Source: Neoechinorhynchus agilis (lineage: Eukaryota; Animalia; Acanthocephala). Taken from it: DNA of 64,000 nucleotides. Below are positions 33,320 through 48,100 of this stretch, piece after piece. Location of the stretch: the NCBI GenBank assembly GCA_051530055.1, contig CM121343.1, positions 6,108,389 through 6,172,388 of the forward strand, written 5' to 3'. Position numbers and translations under genes: made by a program. A model generated the notes under the pieces. It saw only the letters and a list, made by a program, of their open reading frames with translations, made no database searches and was not told the DNA's origin. Positions within the stretch are counted from its first letter, which is position 1. Each line of letters starts with the position of its first letter.

Positions 33320-34480
33320 CTCCGACGTTTACGTGTCATCCGTTAAAAAATAGAACACGTGATCGTTCAATATCTTTCGATTTTGAAAAAATGATCTACG
33401 GGAAATTAGAAATCAACTGTAGTGTTTTATTGGGTTTTAGTTTTATATCGAATACATGACGTCATCAGCTTAAAAATTAGAACACGTGCTCATGCAATAT
33501 CTTCTGATTTTGAGCAGAAAACATACAAGAAAACAGAAATCGAGTGCAGTGTTTTATTGGGTTTTAGTTTTATATCGAAAACATGACGTCATAGCTTAAA
33601 AATTAGAAAGTGTCTCATTATTATAAAAAGCGTGATCTTCAATATCTTTCGATTTTGAAAAATGATCTACGGAAAAGAAATCAATGAGTGTTTTATTGGG
33701 TTTTGTTTTATATCGAAAACATGTTAAATCATAACGCTTAAAAATTAGAACAGTGTTACGTCCGACGTTTACGCGTCATCAGTTAAAAAATAGAACACGT
33801 GATCGTTCAATATCTTTCGATTTTGAAAAAATGATCTACGGGAAATTAGAAATCAACTGTAGTGTTTTATTGGGTTTTAGTTTTATATCGAAAACATGAC
33901 GTCATCAGCTTAAAAATTAGAACATGTGTTCATGCAATATCTACTGATTTTGAGCAGAAAACATACAAGAAAACAGAAATCGAGTGCAGTGTTTTATTGC
34001 TGCTTTTGTTTTTTCGTTGTTTATATCGAAAACATGTTAAATCAATAACGCGTTCACGATTTACAGGAAAACAGAAATCAAGTGCAGTGTTTTATTGCTG
34101 CTTGAGTTTTTTCGTTGTTTATATCGAAAACATGTTAAATCAATAACGCGTTTACGATTTACAGGAAAACAGAAATCAAGTGCAGTGTTTTATTGCTGCT
34201 TGAGTTTTTTCGTTGTTTATATCGAAAACATGTTAAATCCACGACACGTTTATTACTAAAAAAGTCATAGTTACGTCCGCCGTTTACTTGTTGCAAAGGC
34301 GTCATCGGTGTGAAAAATTTAAACATGTTATCATGCAATATATTCTGATTTTGAGCAAATAGCACACAGGAAAACAGATATCGATTACAATGTTTTATTA
34401 GTGCTTCAAATTTTCGCTTTTTATATCGAAAACATGACGTCATCAGCTTAAAAATGAGAACACGTGCTCATGCAATATAT
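33320..34480. repeat. Complex tandem array: about 115-120-bp subunits, about 440-bp higher-order repeat, about 70-bp subrepeats
   Basis: GTGTTTTATTG and TTTATATCGAAAACATG recur throughout; the block CCGACGTTTACG at about 33322 repeats at about 33762. Confidence 0.9.
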
Positions 34481-34483
34481 TCC

Positions 34484-35234
34484 AGGGGTATTAAAATGCG
34501 AGGGCATATTCTATAGGTCTGATTCTGTCATAATCGTCACGGAAAAAATGGACTACGATATGCTATTCTATATATTACGCTCGGAGAACCCGAAAGGTGG
34601 ATTGGCGGAGGATATTACCAAGTATTTCTGTTTTCAGTTATCTTCAGCGATTCGTTACCTTCATTCAAAGGATATTGCACATTGTGATTTAAAACCAGAA
34701 AATGTTCTTTTAAAGATTTACCCCGAAGATGTTATCCAAACAAAAATTGCAGATTTTGGACATGCTAAGATTATACGGGATGGATCTGTGAGACACACCC
34801 TTGTTGGAACTCTTGCATATTTAGCCCCAGAAGCATTCAATAGCGATTTAAGAAAGCATCATGGATACAATCGGTCGTTGGATATATGGTCATTTGGAGT
34901 GATTGCTTACGTTAGTCTATGTGGATATTTTCCATACCGGGAGGATATTGATCTAGTTCAGCAAGTGATTGCAAATGATAATATATTTGCAAGCAAGGTA
35001 TAGGATGAGATATCGCCGGCTGCGAAGGGTTACATTAGTGAGAAATTATTGGTTCCCGATGCGGGGCGTCGGACAAATTCACAATCGCTTATATACCATG
35101 AGTGGTTCACTAAGGATAAAGCGCTTTTACGGTCGCTTAAGATTCTTGAAGAAAAAGTTGGGATGCAATGGTTGACTGACGAGTTTCAGGAAAGCCCAGC
35201 AGAAACTAGTGATAGCGAATGCGACACTGAGTGA
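34484..35234 (+). pseudogene. Protein kinase D (PRKD)-like kinase C-terminal fragment with an in-frame TAG
   Basis: PGVLKC, HCDLKPENVLL, KIADFGHAKII, GTLAYLAPE and GYNRSLDIWSFGVIAYVSLCGYFPY. TAG at 35001-35003 sits where Trp is expected, and the frame continues DEISPAAK..YHEWF. The N-lobe is absent. Confidence 0.8.
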
Positions 35235-36151
35235 TCTATATACATAGACGAAGAGAGAGAGTGATATTTGTTCGTTCCAGTAAACCATCACATCAATCGA
35301 CTGTTCAATAAAGCTCCCCGGGGAAGTTCCTAGTCCAGTACATAATTGACAGATCCAATGTTTGCTTTGGAATAAGGTTGTGAATCTGCTGTGATTTTTC
35401 GTTGCTCGCATAAACAACTATGAGTATAAAGCCAAGCATTGTGCGCTAGAGAAAGCATTCTTCAGACTTGGCATCGCATTCCGCGATTTGCGTATGTATC
35501 ATTGTGATATTTATATGAGCTAAAAATCGTTCATCGGATCCATGATGATGATGGTAAAAGTCGCTCACCAACTACTACACAGCAGTCTCAACTCTTTGGT
35601 GGCGATCTAGTCCGTGGATGCATCCAGATTGAAAATCCGGTATTTTTCCATAGTTGACGACACCAACGTTTTCTCCCTTATGATCTCGGCATCTTGTAAC
35701 CCTTCATTCTTAACAAGCAGCTGGCTTGATTAATTTACTTGTCTTAGAGCTTCACATGTAGGCCTCGTCGCGTTTCGGGAAACAATCAGCGAATCATTTC
35801 AGGATATCTGTTTGTCGTCGTGGATACTTTTAATAGTGTTCATTTAATCCGCATTTTTATTGTCGTAAAAGAGAAACGGTAATGTTTGTATATGCATGTG
35901 CAATCAGCACATAAAAAGCATAGAATCCAGGAGCTTTTTCCCGGTGACACCCGCTCACATATTAACTGTTGCTTATAGAAGATAACTGTAGTGTATGCAA
36001 ACGAGATTCTGAAGCATCATTAACATCTTCCATTACCCGCAATATCTAATGCATCCATGAGGTGAAGATGTGCGAGTGTGGATCTTCAAGGATAACGAAA
36101 TCGTTTTTATTAAAATCGGTTTGATTTTTTAGAAAGGAGTAGAGGATCTCA

Positions 36152-39100
36152 ATGGATCCACGTTCAACTCATGATAGATCGCCGCCCGTTCCGCTTCGAC
36201 GATCAAGCATCAATATCAATTGCAGGGAGCGTAGACCACGCTCACTTGCCCTAGACAACAAAGAATTTCAGAGTGATTATCAACGAAGAAGCTACTGTGA
36301 AGAAGAGACGTATTGCAAAAAACGGGTTAATTCGGATTATTACAGTGCGCAAAGCAATATAAGACGTGAGAGAGAGGATCAAAAAATTGAAGGACATCAT
36401 ATAGCCCACAGCCAAGATGTTCTTGATCGTTATTCCTTCGGCAATTTGCCAATTATCAGATGCGACGTCTCGCCTTGTTATCGAAGTCTATCTCTAAGTC
36501 CAAGTGTGTTTGCTACAACCATCAATGCTAGTCAGCGGTGCCAGCAGCGTCACGGAAAACCAGTGAATCATCACGTTATCCCATCCGTGCAGCAGCAGTA
36601 CTATCACCATCGGTCTGATTGTAATCAGCGATACAACCGCATGGATACGGTTAAGCCAATCAATGATAGACCGAGTTACCGTAAGTATCACTTTCACCTG
36701 CCTATTTTTGTTGATTAGGACGAGTTGTCTAGATCGGCATCACAGCAACTTTTCGGAACGACAGCCAGGTGTCTGCGACCGATCCCACCCGATCGAATCC
36801 AACGCCTGGAACGAACCTGACATGCACAGATTCAGTTCTCTTCCTTGTCTAAGTGGTGGCGTTGATACCTGGCCGTCCAATATAACCTCCATTACCACTC
36901 GGTCAATCATTCTGAGTGGCAATAATAACAACAACACCAATAATTATGAATCTGATATTGGCGGCGGCAGTGAGCAAAAAACTTATCGGACTGATTTGAG
37001 CAGTAGATCAAAACAACATGTTTATGCTCATTCCGTCGATGAAGATGATCGTAGATCAGAATACGAAGTTTATCGTAGAAATCGACGAAAGTTTCACAAA
37101 CGAAAAGTAAGAACAAATTACCGGATTTGTAAAACGAATACTAAGTTTCGCATCATTCTATATGGATGTTTTATATATATATGTGAATCATTCGTGCTTC
37201 TTGCTTGTTTGCATTTCCCCTCTTATACCATTCACTTTTCCTCCTTAGTGCAAAAAAGGAGTCACATAGAAGGTGAAGGTAGCGAGGTTTGTACAGTAGT
37301 TAGTCGGCGGTCTATATGCAGCCGAGAAATCTGAGACCCAAAGGGTGCTGAGTATTTCTCAACCTAAAGGGCAAGGTGAATTTAGATGTCAACAACGTCG
37401 CTCTAGTCAAAAATGTACTTTTTGACGTTTTCTCCACTCAAAACTGTGAATTAAACCGTCATTCCACAAATAACGCTAGTCGTCATTGATGAAATATTTT
37501 TAGGGCCAAAATAATCACCTAATTGCCTGCAGACGGTTTGCCAATTTTTTTATTTTTTTGGAGACTACACTGATTTCGTATCTTCCACATGCTCGACAGA
37601 AGGAACCACAGCGACACTTGTCCTAATATTATATCTTTCTTTAGATCCATCTTATCGTACAAGGTGCCGAAAAAAACCGGCAACAGGGTTATACCTCTTT
37701 AACTGCTCCTCAAGAAACAATGACGACAACTCTTAAGACTACTTCATCTGGTACACCAAGGCTGCCAGCTCGATCTGTCATGTCAATGGCATTCGAGGAC
37801 GGAAGCGATGTGGTCATTCGATCTCCCAGCGGCCGCGATCGGCTTGTAAGGATTAGTAAAGTACCGCAGAATGTGCCAACGGCAGCTTGTTTGTCAATAA
37901 TCGGGAATGCGCGACTCATCAAGGACCTTGATACCGGAAAGTTTTACACCCTGGCTGATGCCTTATCTAAATCGTTGTTGGATGCTAAAAGGAAATGCCT
38001 GGTATCAAAAAAGAGGGAAGATGTGTATTTGACGCAGGAATCAAGCGGTATCGATCGCGAAATCGGAAGTTTATTAAGCAGGGAAGGAGGATTCTATGCG
38101 CATCCGTTCGACGAACGACCGATTTCTATTTTGGAAGCTATCGACTCAGGAATTTTGGACCTTACTGATGGATGTCTAGTTAATTTCAGTACGGGCGAGA
38201 AGGTGTCCATAACCGACGGGTACAGTTTGGGCTTAATTGATGACTCTGGTCTGGACCTATTGAACAAACTAGCATCGCAATTAATCAAGATATCAAAAAA
38301 GACTTCGGAATTTAACATTCCTATTAATCAAGTCGGAAAGAGGATACTTGAAAGTATTGACGATAGTGTCAAAATTGAAAGCATTCGATCGAACGCTAAT
38401 TTGTCCCTGTGTGATGCAATCCGCTTGGACTTAATTGACAGGCGGACAAATCAGTTCATTAGACCTTGTGACGGTCAACGAATTAGCATCCGTGAAGCCA
38501 TACAATCAGGATATCTTGCATCAAATATAGCAGAAATCATATGGAAAGGGAAAAGACTTGACTTAAACGAAACCATATATCAAAACATCTTGGATGGAGA
38601 AACTGGGTATATTTGTAGCAGCGATAAAGAACACATAACATTACATGCTGCTATCGCTAGGGGTATTTTTGAGAAGCCTATGACAATCAGTGAATTGATA
38701 TTGAACGGTTTAATTGACGAAGAAAGATTTCCTCTTATTGTATATAGCGAGCAGCACAAACAATGGATAACATTTGAAGAAGCTGTTCAAAATGGGTTGG
38801 TTGATCGGACCACTCGTTGTATGATTCACCCAATAAATCGCACGGCAATATCCCTCGATGAAGCCACGAAGGATGGTCTAATTCAGACTAACGGCAAAGC
38901 GGTGATTATGCCGAATCGCATCGCAGCTCAAAATATTACTGACGCAGTTAAATCTAATCAATTGCAATTGATATTAAGGAAACCTGCATTAAAAGGTCAC
39001 ATAATTCGAGATGTGTTAGACAAACGTGCCATCTCTCTCGGTGAAGCCGTCAACCGATCAATTATTAATCTGCACACACAAACATTTACCGATACGTCTA

Positions 39101-42100
39101 CAAGTCAAGTGTATTCGATAGATGAAGCCATCGAGCGTGGAAATGTGAGTATTGATTTGAAAACAAGATTAGGGAGGCAAGTACGACTACGTGATTATTC
39201 TGGTGAATTGAAGTCGATGAGCCTTTTGGAAGCCGCACAGAAGGGTCTAATTGACTTGGTTAAAGGTTCAATATACGATCGAAATGGATCGGTGATGTGT
39301 ATACCGAGAGCGATGCGTTGTGGATTGCTCGATGAAGAAAGTGAACGAGCGATTTGTGAACTACGAGGTGAACTTGGATATGATGACTACATTGTCGTGT
39401 TCAAAGGCGACGAACACAGAACGTCAAATAAGAGCGCTACTACGGCGTCGTATAAAGGCAGCGATTTCACACTGACGAACTTCAGTGAAACTCACACGAG
39501 TTCTGGTGTGCAGAGGGGGGAGGAGCCCATTGCAGCAGCAGCACAGCCATGCCCCATTGATGCTGCTGCTGCAGTGAGTGAAGGGAACAAGGAAGGGCAG
39601 GAAAATGCGTCAAACCCGGTGTGTTTCCTTCACCGCAGCCACCAAGAAGTACAATCCTCTCGTATCGACATAGCAGCAAATAAAATGATAATGCATGAGC
39701 GAGATAATACTCGTAAATCGACCGTGCATCATGGAAGTGGCACCATTGAGGCTTACGAAGATGATGGCAGCAGCAGCAGCCTATCAGGACGGCGGCGCCA
39801 ACAGCGCTGTTACTACGTTATGCCGGCGGCAGATGTTGCAGAGGCGGGAGGCGCCGTAGACATGGGAACTAATGAGGAAAGCAGTGTCGCTTCTGACAGG
39901 CGTGCCAACGTCAGCAAATGTACCCATATCGACGGTGGTTGGAAGGGAGCCGGGTTTCCTTCTTCAACAGAACGTGCCATTTCCGGTGCCGCAAATGTTC
40001 GTCGGCAGCAGCTAAGCTTTATAGAGGCAGTCAACGAGCAGCTTTTGAACATCAAGACCGGCTACGTCAACGTACCCGTTTCATATCCCGATCCTCTAAA
40101 CAACTCCTCTTTTGCCTCTTCTACTCCTTCAGCGGATCTTAAGCAAACAACCGTTACTGCTGCTGCTCCAGCCGCCGTTGCTTTACATACATCATCAGAC
40201 TTGGATGGGAGCCATTCCAGCATTATTGGTGACACTGTAAAGGTGACGGCTTCACAACCCGATCGCCATACAACTCGCCGCACCGAGGTTATAGATTTAC
40301 GTGAGGCTATTGAACGCGGAATTATTAATCCTGATTCCGCTTACGTTATTCACCCTCAATCAAAACAAAGTCTTAACCTTCTAGAGGCCATCAATCGCAA
40401 CATTATCAGCATTTGCGGCAGCTCCATATGCGATTCGACCACAACGACTGCCAACCCCAACCACGAAGACGATCAGCGGTCAACCACTGATAACAACGCT
40501 ACTGTGCTTCCAAAAAGACCTAATCAATACACGATATCACAAGCAATCAAAGCGGGAATTCTTAAGATAGGTAACCCAAAACTTCATTCCACATCAGACT
40601 CAATGATAAGTAAGACTGAATCTTTTTCTGTGAAAAGCGTTCGTGACGCGAGGACTAATGAGTTTATTTCTCCTAATAAAGCCATAAAGCTCAAAATCCT
40701 TGATCCGTATCAAGGTGCTTACTACGATACTTGTACAAATCGAAAATATACAATTGATGAGGCAATTTCACAAGGTGAGATTTTGGTTGAGAAGATATTC
40801 GACTCGTCGATCTCACGACCTGAAACTCGAAGAGAGGATGCTTATCATGATTCCGAATGTAGAGATCGGAATGTAATTAGCACAAGTCTCATCAGGGAAA
40901 TCAGGTCGTACCACTTGTTGGGCGTTATCGACCCGGTCACCCGAACTGAAATGACGGTCCACAATGCAATCAGCTCGGGGATTCTTGACCGAAAAAAAGG
41001 TCGTCTATACAATGGTCTCACTCATGAATGGCTCTCGATAAGTGACGCTATAAATCAGGGCTTTATTCAGGCGCGAATCATGCCCATTGATGATAACACC
41101 GATCCACGTCTTCTGCTCAGCCGAAGAGCCGTGAGTGAAACCAAGACATTCGCCCTCAAAGGTGCAGTAGATACGCGAACCGACAAGATAATATCCATCA
41201 GGAATGCTATTGAGATGGGCATAATCGATCAAGCTACAGGACTCTACAGAAACCTGCTTACCAATGAAACCATGCCGATTAGCTTAGCCGTGGAAAAAGG
41301 ACTTATAATCACAGAGGAATCGGTTTCATTTCCGTCCAGACGAATCGAGCACGGTCCAACCTACATAACTAAGGACACCAGGGTGCTATGTATTGAAGCA
41401 GTGATTGATCCCGTATCGAGGTCTAGAATGACCGTGAACGAAGCCTTCAAACGGGGTTTAATCGACTCGATCAACTGTAGCTTCTATAATACTCTAACGA
41501 ACAAAGTCATTTCGCTTACAGATGCATATATGCTTGGTTATATCATTGGACATTACGTGAGTGATGACTCCAGTAGTCGAAATCTCAGTGGACTATTTGC
41601 ACGAGTGACACGAGAGGAAAGGTCGTATTTGATAACTAGCGTTCTGGACACTCGTAGCGATCGTAAGATTGATTTGAGTGACGCAATTGATAAGGGATTA
41701 TTTGATCGCGAGAAAGCCGTGTACGTAAATCCTCTTACGAACCAAGAAACTAATTTAAAAGATGCAATCGCGCAAGGATACGTTCAAGCCACGGTTGTTA
41801 CGGGTGCACCCGACCATCGGTCTCCGTGCTCGACTAAAGTAGTAAGAATCCAGGAAAGCTCCGGGGATGATATGGTCACACCAACTGCTACTTGGGTCGC
41901 TACCACCTCGTCGACGAGCAGCATTAATCGTACTTATAAGGTAGATACTGTTGAAGAGTACATTGAGCCAATAAAAAACCTTATTGAGCAGAGTGGCGAG
42001 GACCGGTACCATAAAGTTGTCCACAAAGAAAGGAATGTTCGTGAGAGAGATGTTTTAATAGAGACAAACTATGCCGATCAACATCGGGATGCTGGTAATC

Positions 42101-45100
42101 TTCAATCTGGGGTGAGAAATCTCCGAAAAGGCGAAGTTGAGGAAATAATTATTGACGATCATAATGTTGCGGAATCAGTAAACATAGAATCTGAAACGAG
42201 ATCAGTTGCTTTAAAGCACGTAACAATTGAGGACGACAGCGTACATCCAAGAGGAAACGTGATAGTCATTGAAGAGAGACATCAAACTCCAATTAAAACC
42301 ATGACAACTTCGAAAGTGCATCATTTTGTCGGTGAAAGTGGACATGGACGTCAGGAGCCAATTGACTATGATCTAGGGCACTTCGAACAAGCCAAAACGT
42401 CTGTTGAAGTTGAAAGACCGGTGGTAATGCTAAGTGTGGATGATAGAACAAAGAAAAGCGAGAAGGAAAAGGATGCTCAGCGGAAAGAGCGTGAATTATT
42501 TATAAATGAAGTACTCACAAAAGCAAAAGAGTATAAAGATGCTTCACAATCATCAACTACTAATGAGGCTTGGACAGAGAAGCGTAGTGAAACAACGAGC
42601 TTTTCTATTGTGCACGATGGAATGCATTACACGCTCACATGGCTCTTGGAACCGGACACAAATGAAAAGGTCGGGCTAAGAAAGGGAATGGACCTCGGTC
42701 TCTTCGATACAAAAACGATGCGTTACTACCACACAGTTGAACGAAGGCATTACACCGCATACGAGGCCATAAAACTCGGTTATTTGGGCACCGATGAAGA
42801 TGTCAGTCCACTTGTTGTCACATTTGACAATATTGAATACACAATTGAATGGGTTTTGGATCCCACGGAGAAATGTAAGATATTCCCGAGGTTAGCTGTC
42901 CAGAAAGGCATTCTAGATGTGGATAAAAGGCGTTATTTTAATCCTTACAATAATGTCAGCATTAACCTGCACGAAGCTGTGAAGATGAAATTCATTGGAG
43001 CAACCGAGAAACTCCCAGAATCCGATGTTATCACAGTGACTGTTGGAGAACATGAAGTCCATTTTAACTGGGTTATTGACACTATCAACCGCGATCGTGT
43101 TTCAGCGTACGATGCTCTGAAACGAGGAATCGTGGATATACAAAAGGGTATATACTTTAAGTTCGACACTGGTGATATAATGACACTTTTCGATGCATTT
43201 AATGCTGGATTCATTGGATTTATGGAGGATAGACATTCATCAATGTCGTCGCCTTTAGCTGGCTCACTCGCATCACTAGACGAAGACGAACTTACAATCA
43301 CGACCCGTACAGCAACCTATGTTATTACAAGCGTCGTGAATCCCGTAGATCAACAAGAAATCAAAGTTTGCGATGCGATTGAGCTTGGGATTATCGACAA
43401 AAGCACGGGTAAGTTGATTTAGTTTGTCGTAAGCAAGCAATATTTCAAATGAATGGGTAACATATGATCCTCTAAAGCGTTTTCGTATCCCTTAGTTGCT
43501 CTTGTGTTTAACGCTTCGTTCCTTTTGAAACAATTTTTTAGGTTCATATCACGATATGACAACCGGAATCACATACGAGCTCGCTGATGCCATAAATGAA
43601 GGGCTGGTTTATGCCAGTGTAATCGAAACGATGGAATCAACGGAAATGGAAACTTCATCTGTTAAAAATGTAGTCGAACGATTTATTGTCAAGACAGTGA
43701 TTGATCCAAGGGACGGAAAACGAATCGGCGGTCTACTTGCACAAGCGAATGGTATCCTAAATTATGCCCAGGGAATGTACTCCGATCCAGATAGCGGACG
43801 CTGTATCTCAATACGAGAAGCAATCGACCGAAATTTAATCGAGGTTCAATTGATAAAGCAGACATCAGATGAACAATTCAGGCTTAGTATATGCACCGAT
43901 TCCTTCACCCTGAGACGGGTTACTGTCTACACTATACACAGTGTCAGAGATCCGGTTCTAGATGAAGACATTCCAGCCCACGAAGCGGTACATCGCCAAA
44001 TTATCGATTCGGACACTAAGAAATACTTTAACGCCTCAAATGGGCAATATATTGAACTGAGGGAAGCAATGAATCTTGGTTTTATTCGTGCGGATGTCAA
44101 GGAAAGTGTTACCCGAAAACCTTTGAGATTGTCCTTACAAAATGCAACTCGTCTCGGCTTCTACAATTACTCCACAGGTACGTTTCGCGATCCGTATTCT
44201 CAGCAGTCAATGACGTTACAAGAAGCAATTGATAAAGGTCACATTCACCTTAGCTCACCGGCCTGTGCGTCGTCTATTCAGGGACCAATTGTCCTTCGTG
44301 CCGCCTTAAATATGGGATTAATTTCACGAAGTACTGGAATGCTAGACGCATCGAAAGCCGAAAAATACAAAGTTATTTTATTCGATTCCAAAATCTATAG
44401 AATGAATTTCGAAGATGCAGTACGGTGTGGACTTTTGGATCTCTCGACCTGTCTATATAAGCACTTGCACACCGGCGAAAAGCTAACACTTAAGGAAGCG
44501 ATCGGTCGCGGCTTACTGAACGGGGAATCCACAACCGTTCAGCATCCGACAACGTTTTCTTTCAAATCATTGGCAGACGCCGTTAATGATGGTGATTTAA
44601 CGGAACAAGGAATGATAGTAGACACGAAGACGGGTGAGATTATTTCCAATATCGAGAGGGAATTCAATCAACGTCGAATATTCAGCAATTTCGACGTCAA
44701 TAGTGGTGAGGTGTTCATACGTTCAACTGGTGAGCGTTTATCCTTTGAGAAAGCTGCAAGGAAAGGAAAACTTGATTCTCACTATAAGATTATAGATTTT
44801 AAATCCGGGCGAGAGTTCAACATTCAAGAGGCTTTTGAGCATGGTATTATAGATAGTGAGACTGGTAGAGTTTATAACTACATAGATGGTGGGAATATGT
44901 CCATACGGGAAGCTATAAGACGTGGCTTTATAGCCTTGTCCGATTCCACGGTTGTTCCAATGAAAGCGGATCAAGGCGCATTGGCTGTCCAGATTACATC
45001 AAAAAAGAGGAGACGTAGTTCTCGAACCAAATCTGGAGGTGGATCGACTAATCTATCGACTAGCGAAGATCATTACTTAGCAGAGAAACAATTGTACAAA

Positions 45101-48100
45101 TCGCGTTTAGCCGGGGATGTTTGCGATTCTGGATCCCACAGATATATAAAAAGTTCTTCTTCAGGTAAGTTTATCTGCATGCTCATCGACTGCCAAACTG
45201 CATGCGCTAAAAAAACATCTCTATTCCTGATAGTACTCACCAGTGCCGCCCCGCTTGTTCACTTTAATTTTAAATTACTGCTATGCCTTTTTCGATATGA
45301 CAGTCCTTTAGAATGCATGTGAGTCTTGTGCTATAGCAACCAAAATGAGAGTACTGGCCAATCATATTTTTGTTTTAAAATTGTAGTAAATGCATGAGTT
45401 TCCTCTAGACTGCATGCTTAACCATTATATTTTCTGCTATTTCTTTTTATTCGAATATTGACAAGAGCTCCTCCCACTCATTTAGCCGCGAAACAGTACC
45501 TGTGACACACGCACTCGCACTTAACTTACATAGACGGAACGGAGCACCCGTGAAGATAATTTGGATAGATAATTTGATCTTAAACCTCTCTCTCTGTCGT
45601 CAGTGTGCGAGCTGGAACCAACTACCAAAAGCTACTTTTTGAAGACTTTAAAATAAAATGATTACTCTGGACATGTACCGTCGTCGAATTGTGTGTGTGT
45701 GTGCGGCCATTGCTCTGCATTGAAACAAACACCCACCCATAACGAGATAAGGCATAGCTGTGATTTTTGTGTGTTTGTGAGAGTTGAAGTATTTCTCCGT
45801 GTCATTTTATTACTAACCCGTATTCTACCATCACTACCATTCATCTTCACATGAACCCTGCTAACGCGCGCACACACTCCGTGACTATTGTAAAGAATCA
45901 GCGCAAAAAAGAATACTTTCATTTAGACAATGAGGATCTCGATGATGCTTTATTGGGCGCTGATTTACTCCAACCACAACAAATTCACTTGTGTCTTGGT
46001 TGTAGCAATTCCAATTTTAACTCATTTGCGAGCTATAAGACCCAATGCTTCAACCCAATCACCAACCACTTTACCACAATTGTTCTACAGAGCGTTTTTG
46101 ATCCAGTTACTTGTAGGCGCGTGTCCGTCCAACAAGCAGTCGATTCCGGATCATTTGACCCGGTCACAGGCGTCTTTATTGACAAAAACCCGCATGGAAA
46201 TGCCGACGCACTTCGTCTCATTGAATTCGATCGAGCTTGCGCTCTTGGACTCGTAACACAACGAGATAGTCCACATTGCAGGATTAATATTGTATCCGTT
46301 CAACATCCACTCACAAATGAATCAATCGACTTGCAAACCGCCATTAAACATAACATCATCGATTACGGCACTGGTAGCTACATGTTTAATCCAGGGCACG
46401 AGTTCAATGCCATAAGTATTGACCAAGCGATTCAAACACGTTTGATAGAGATTGCCGAGTGCCAAGAGATACCAGTGGATACTATTGAAGAAGTGTGGTA
46501 CCGTGATATAAAAATGGATAAAGTGGCTTCCGTCACTTCAGATAGCAAAGAATATTCCGTCGATGAAGCACTTGAGAAACGTTTAATCGAAAATGATTTG
46601 TATGTCGATCCAAAAACAGGTTGTAGGCTTTCACTCTGCGCTGCCGCAAAAAACGGACTCATTACGACTCTGGTAAGACGTTCCCACCACACCGGATCTT
46701 TTTTAACAAATACAACCGAAAGTACCGAAACACACAGTGATATGAGTTTATCTACACAAAGTATGGAGATAGAAAATCAGCGGAAAAGCAACAAGCCCAA
46801 TTTATTTAAGAAGTTAAGGGACAAATTAAAACGCCATAGAAAATCAGCTGATAATAGTAAGCTCGAAAATCATTTATACACCAGGAATGCCAAAGGAGTC
46901 ATTTCTTCAATAATGTCGCAAATCGACAATCGAGATCTTTTGTTTTCTGTCTCTGCAACGGATAAGCGTGTACGGGTGGAAGATGCCATTAAAGAAGGTT
47001 ATGTGTTCCCTTATAATCCGAAACTGAACGCGGTTGAGGGTTTTAGGTTAAACCCTGAAAATGGAAGTATTTCTATATTCAATTTTACATCGAATTCCCG
47101 CAAACATAACGTCATGTGGATCGGAAAAGCCGAGAGGGTGATGGTTGATGGCATTCCTTTGACTGTTAGCGATGCCGTTACGGCAAACATCATTAACGTT
47201 ATGACCTTTGATTTGCCTGATTGGATGCGGACTACAAAAGAGACATGTGAATCCAAGCCCGAAGAAGTTCGTACTATAGACGTCGATGATATATCGCAGT
47301 ATTTGCTCTTTTTTAACCGGGCTGATGCAGAAAACATGACTTTGTTACAAGCAATTGACAAGCAGTATATAAACGTGGCGATGAATTTAATGCTGGATAC
47401 CTTGGAACGCAAATGGATAACCGTGGCTGACGCACTTAATCTGGTCTTAAGGACTTCCAGTCAATCGGTCATCCTGTCCCACACTACCGACAAGTCATTT
47501 ATCATTGATCTACCAGAAAAAAGGATAACTTTCCACGAGGATGATTTGTTTGACCGATTGTACCTGATGGCTACAAGAGCACGTTCTTTGCCAAGTACGG
47601 AACGCGGTCATCCTGATCGGATATCAACACATGAGAATATTGATCGTACCTTTTCCGTCACTTCCTTGTCTGAAATCCTTAATGATATCATCGCTGAAAG
47701 TACCAGAATACCACCACCAACCACCAATTTTGAACTCCAAGAAGAAACTAAAACTGTAATGGATGTGGATTCTTTAGAAAATTCAAAGGACCATCATTCC
47801 GATGAATCACTTGACTATTCAGATATTGACCCAGATAATGTTGATCGGACTTTAGCATCCGAGGTTAAATCAGAAGAAAATGAAGATTCGCTCAAAGATC
47901 ATGACGCGCCTCATATTGAAAATCATTTACTCAATGAAGATTGCGAATTAAGTGAGCATAGTAGTGTACGAGATGAATCGAAATCGATTACAAGGTGCGA
48001 TCAATCAGCTAATAGATCAAGATCATGGGAAGCGAAGGTACTATTTATTTTATATCCACCAATCACAAAAAATTCCCGCATTAAGCCTAAAAAGTTTGAT

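Noticed and set aside
35001-35003. TAG reassignment (alternative genetic code)
   Set aside because: Long host ORFs totalling thousands of codons contain no in-frame TAG; the other internal TAG (about 26267) lies in a decayed retroelement.
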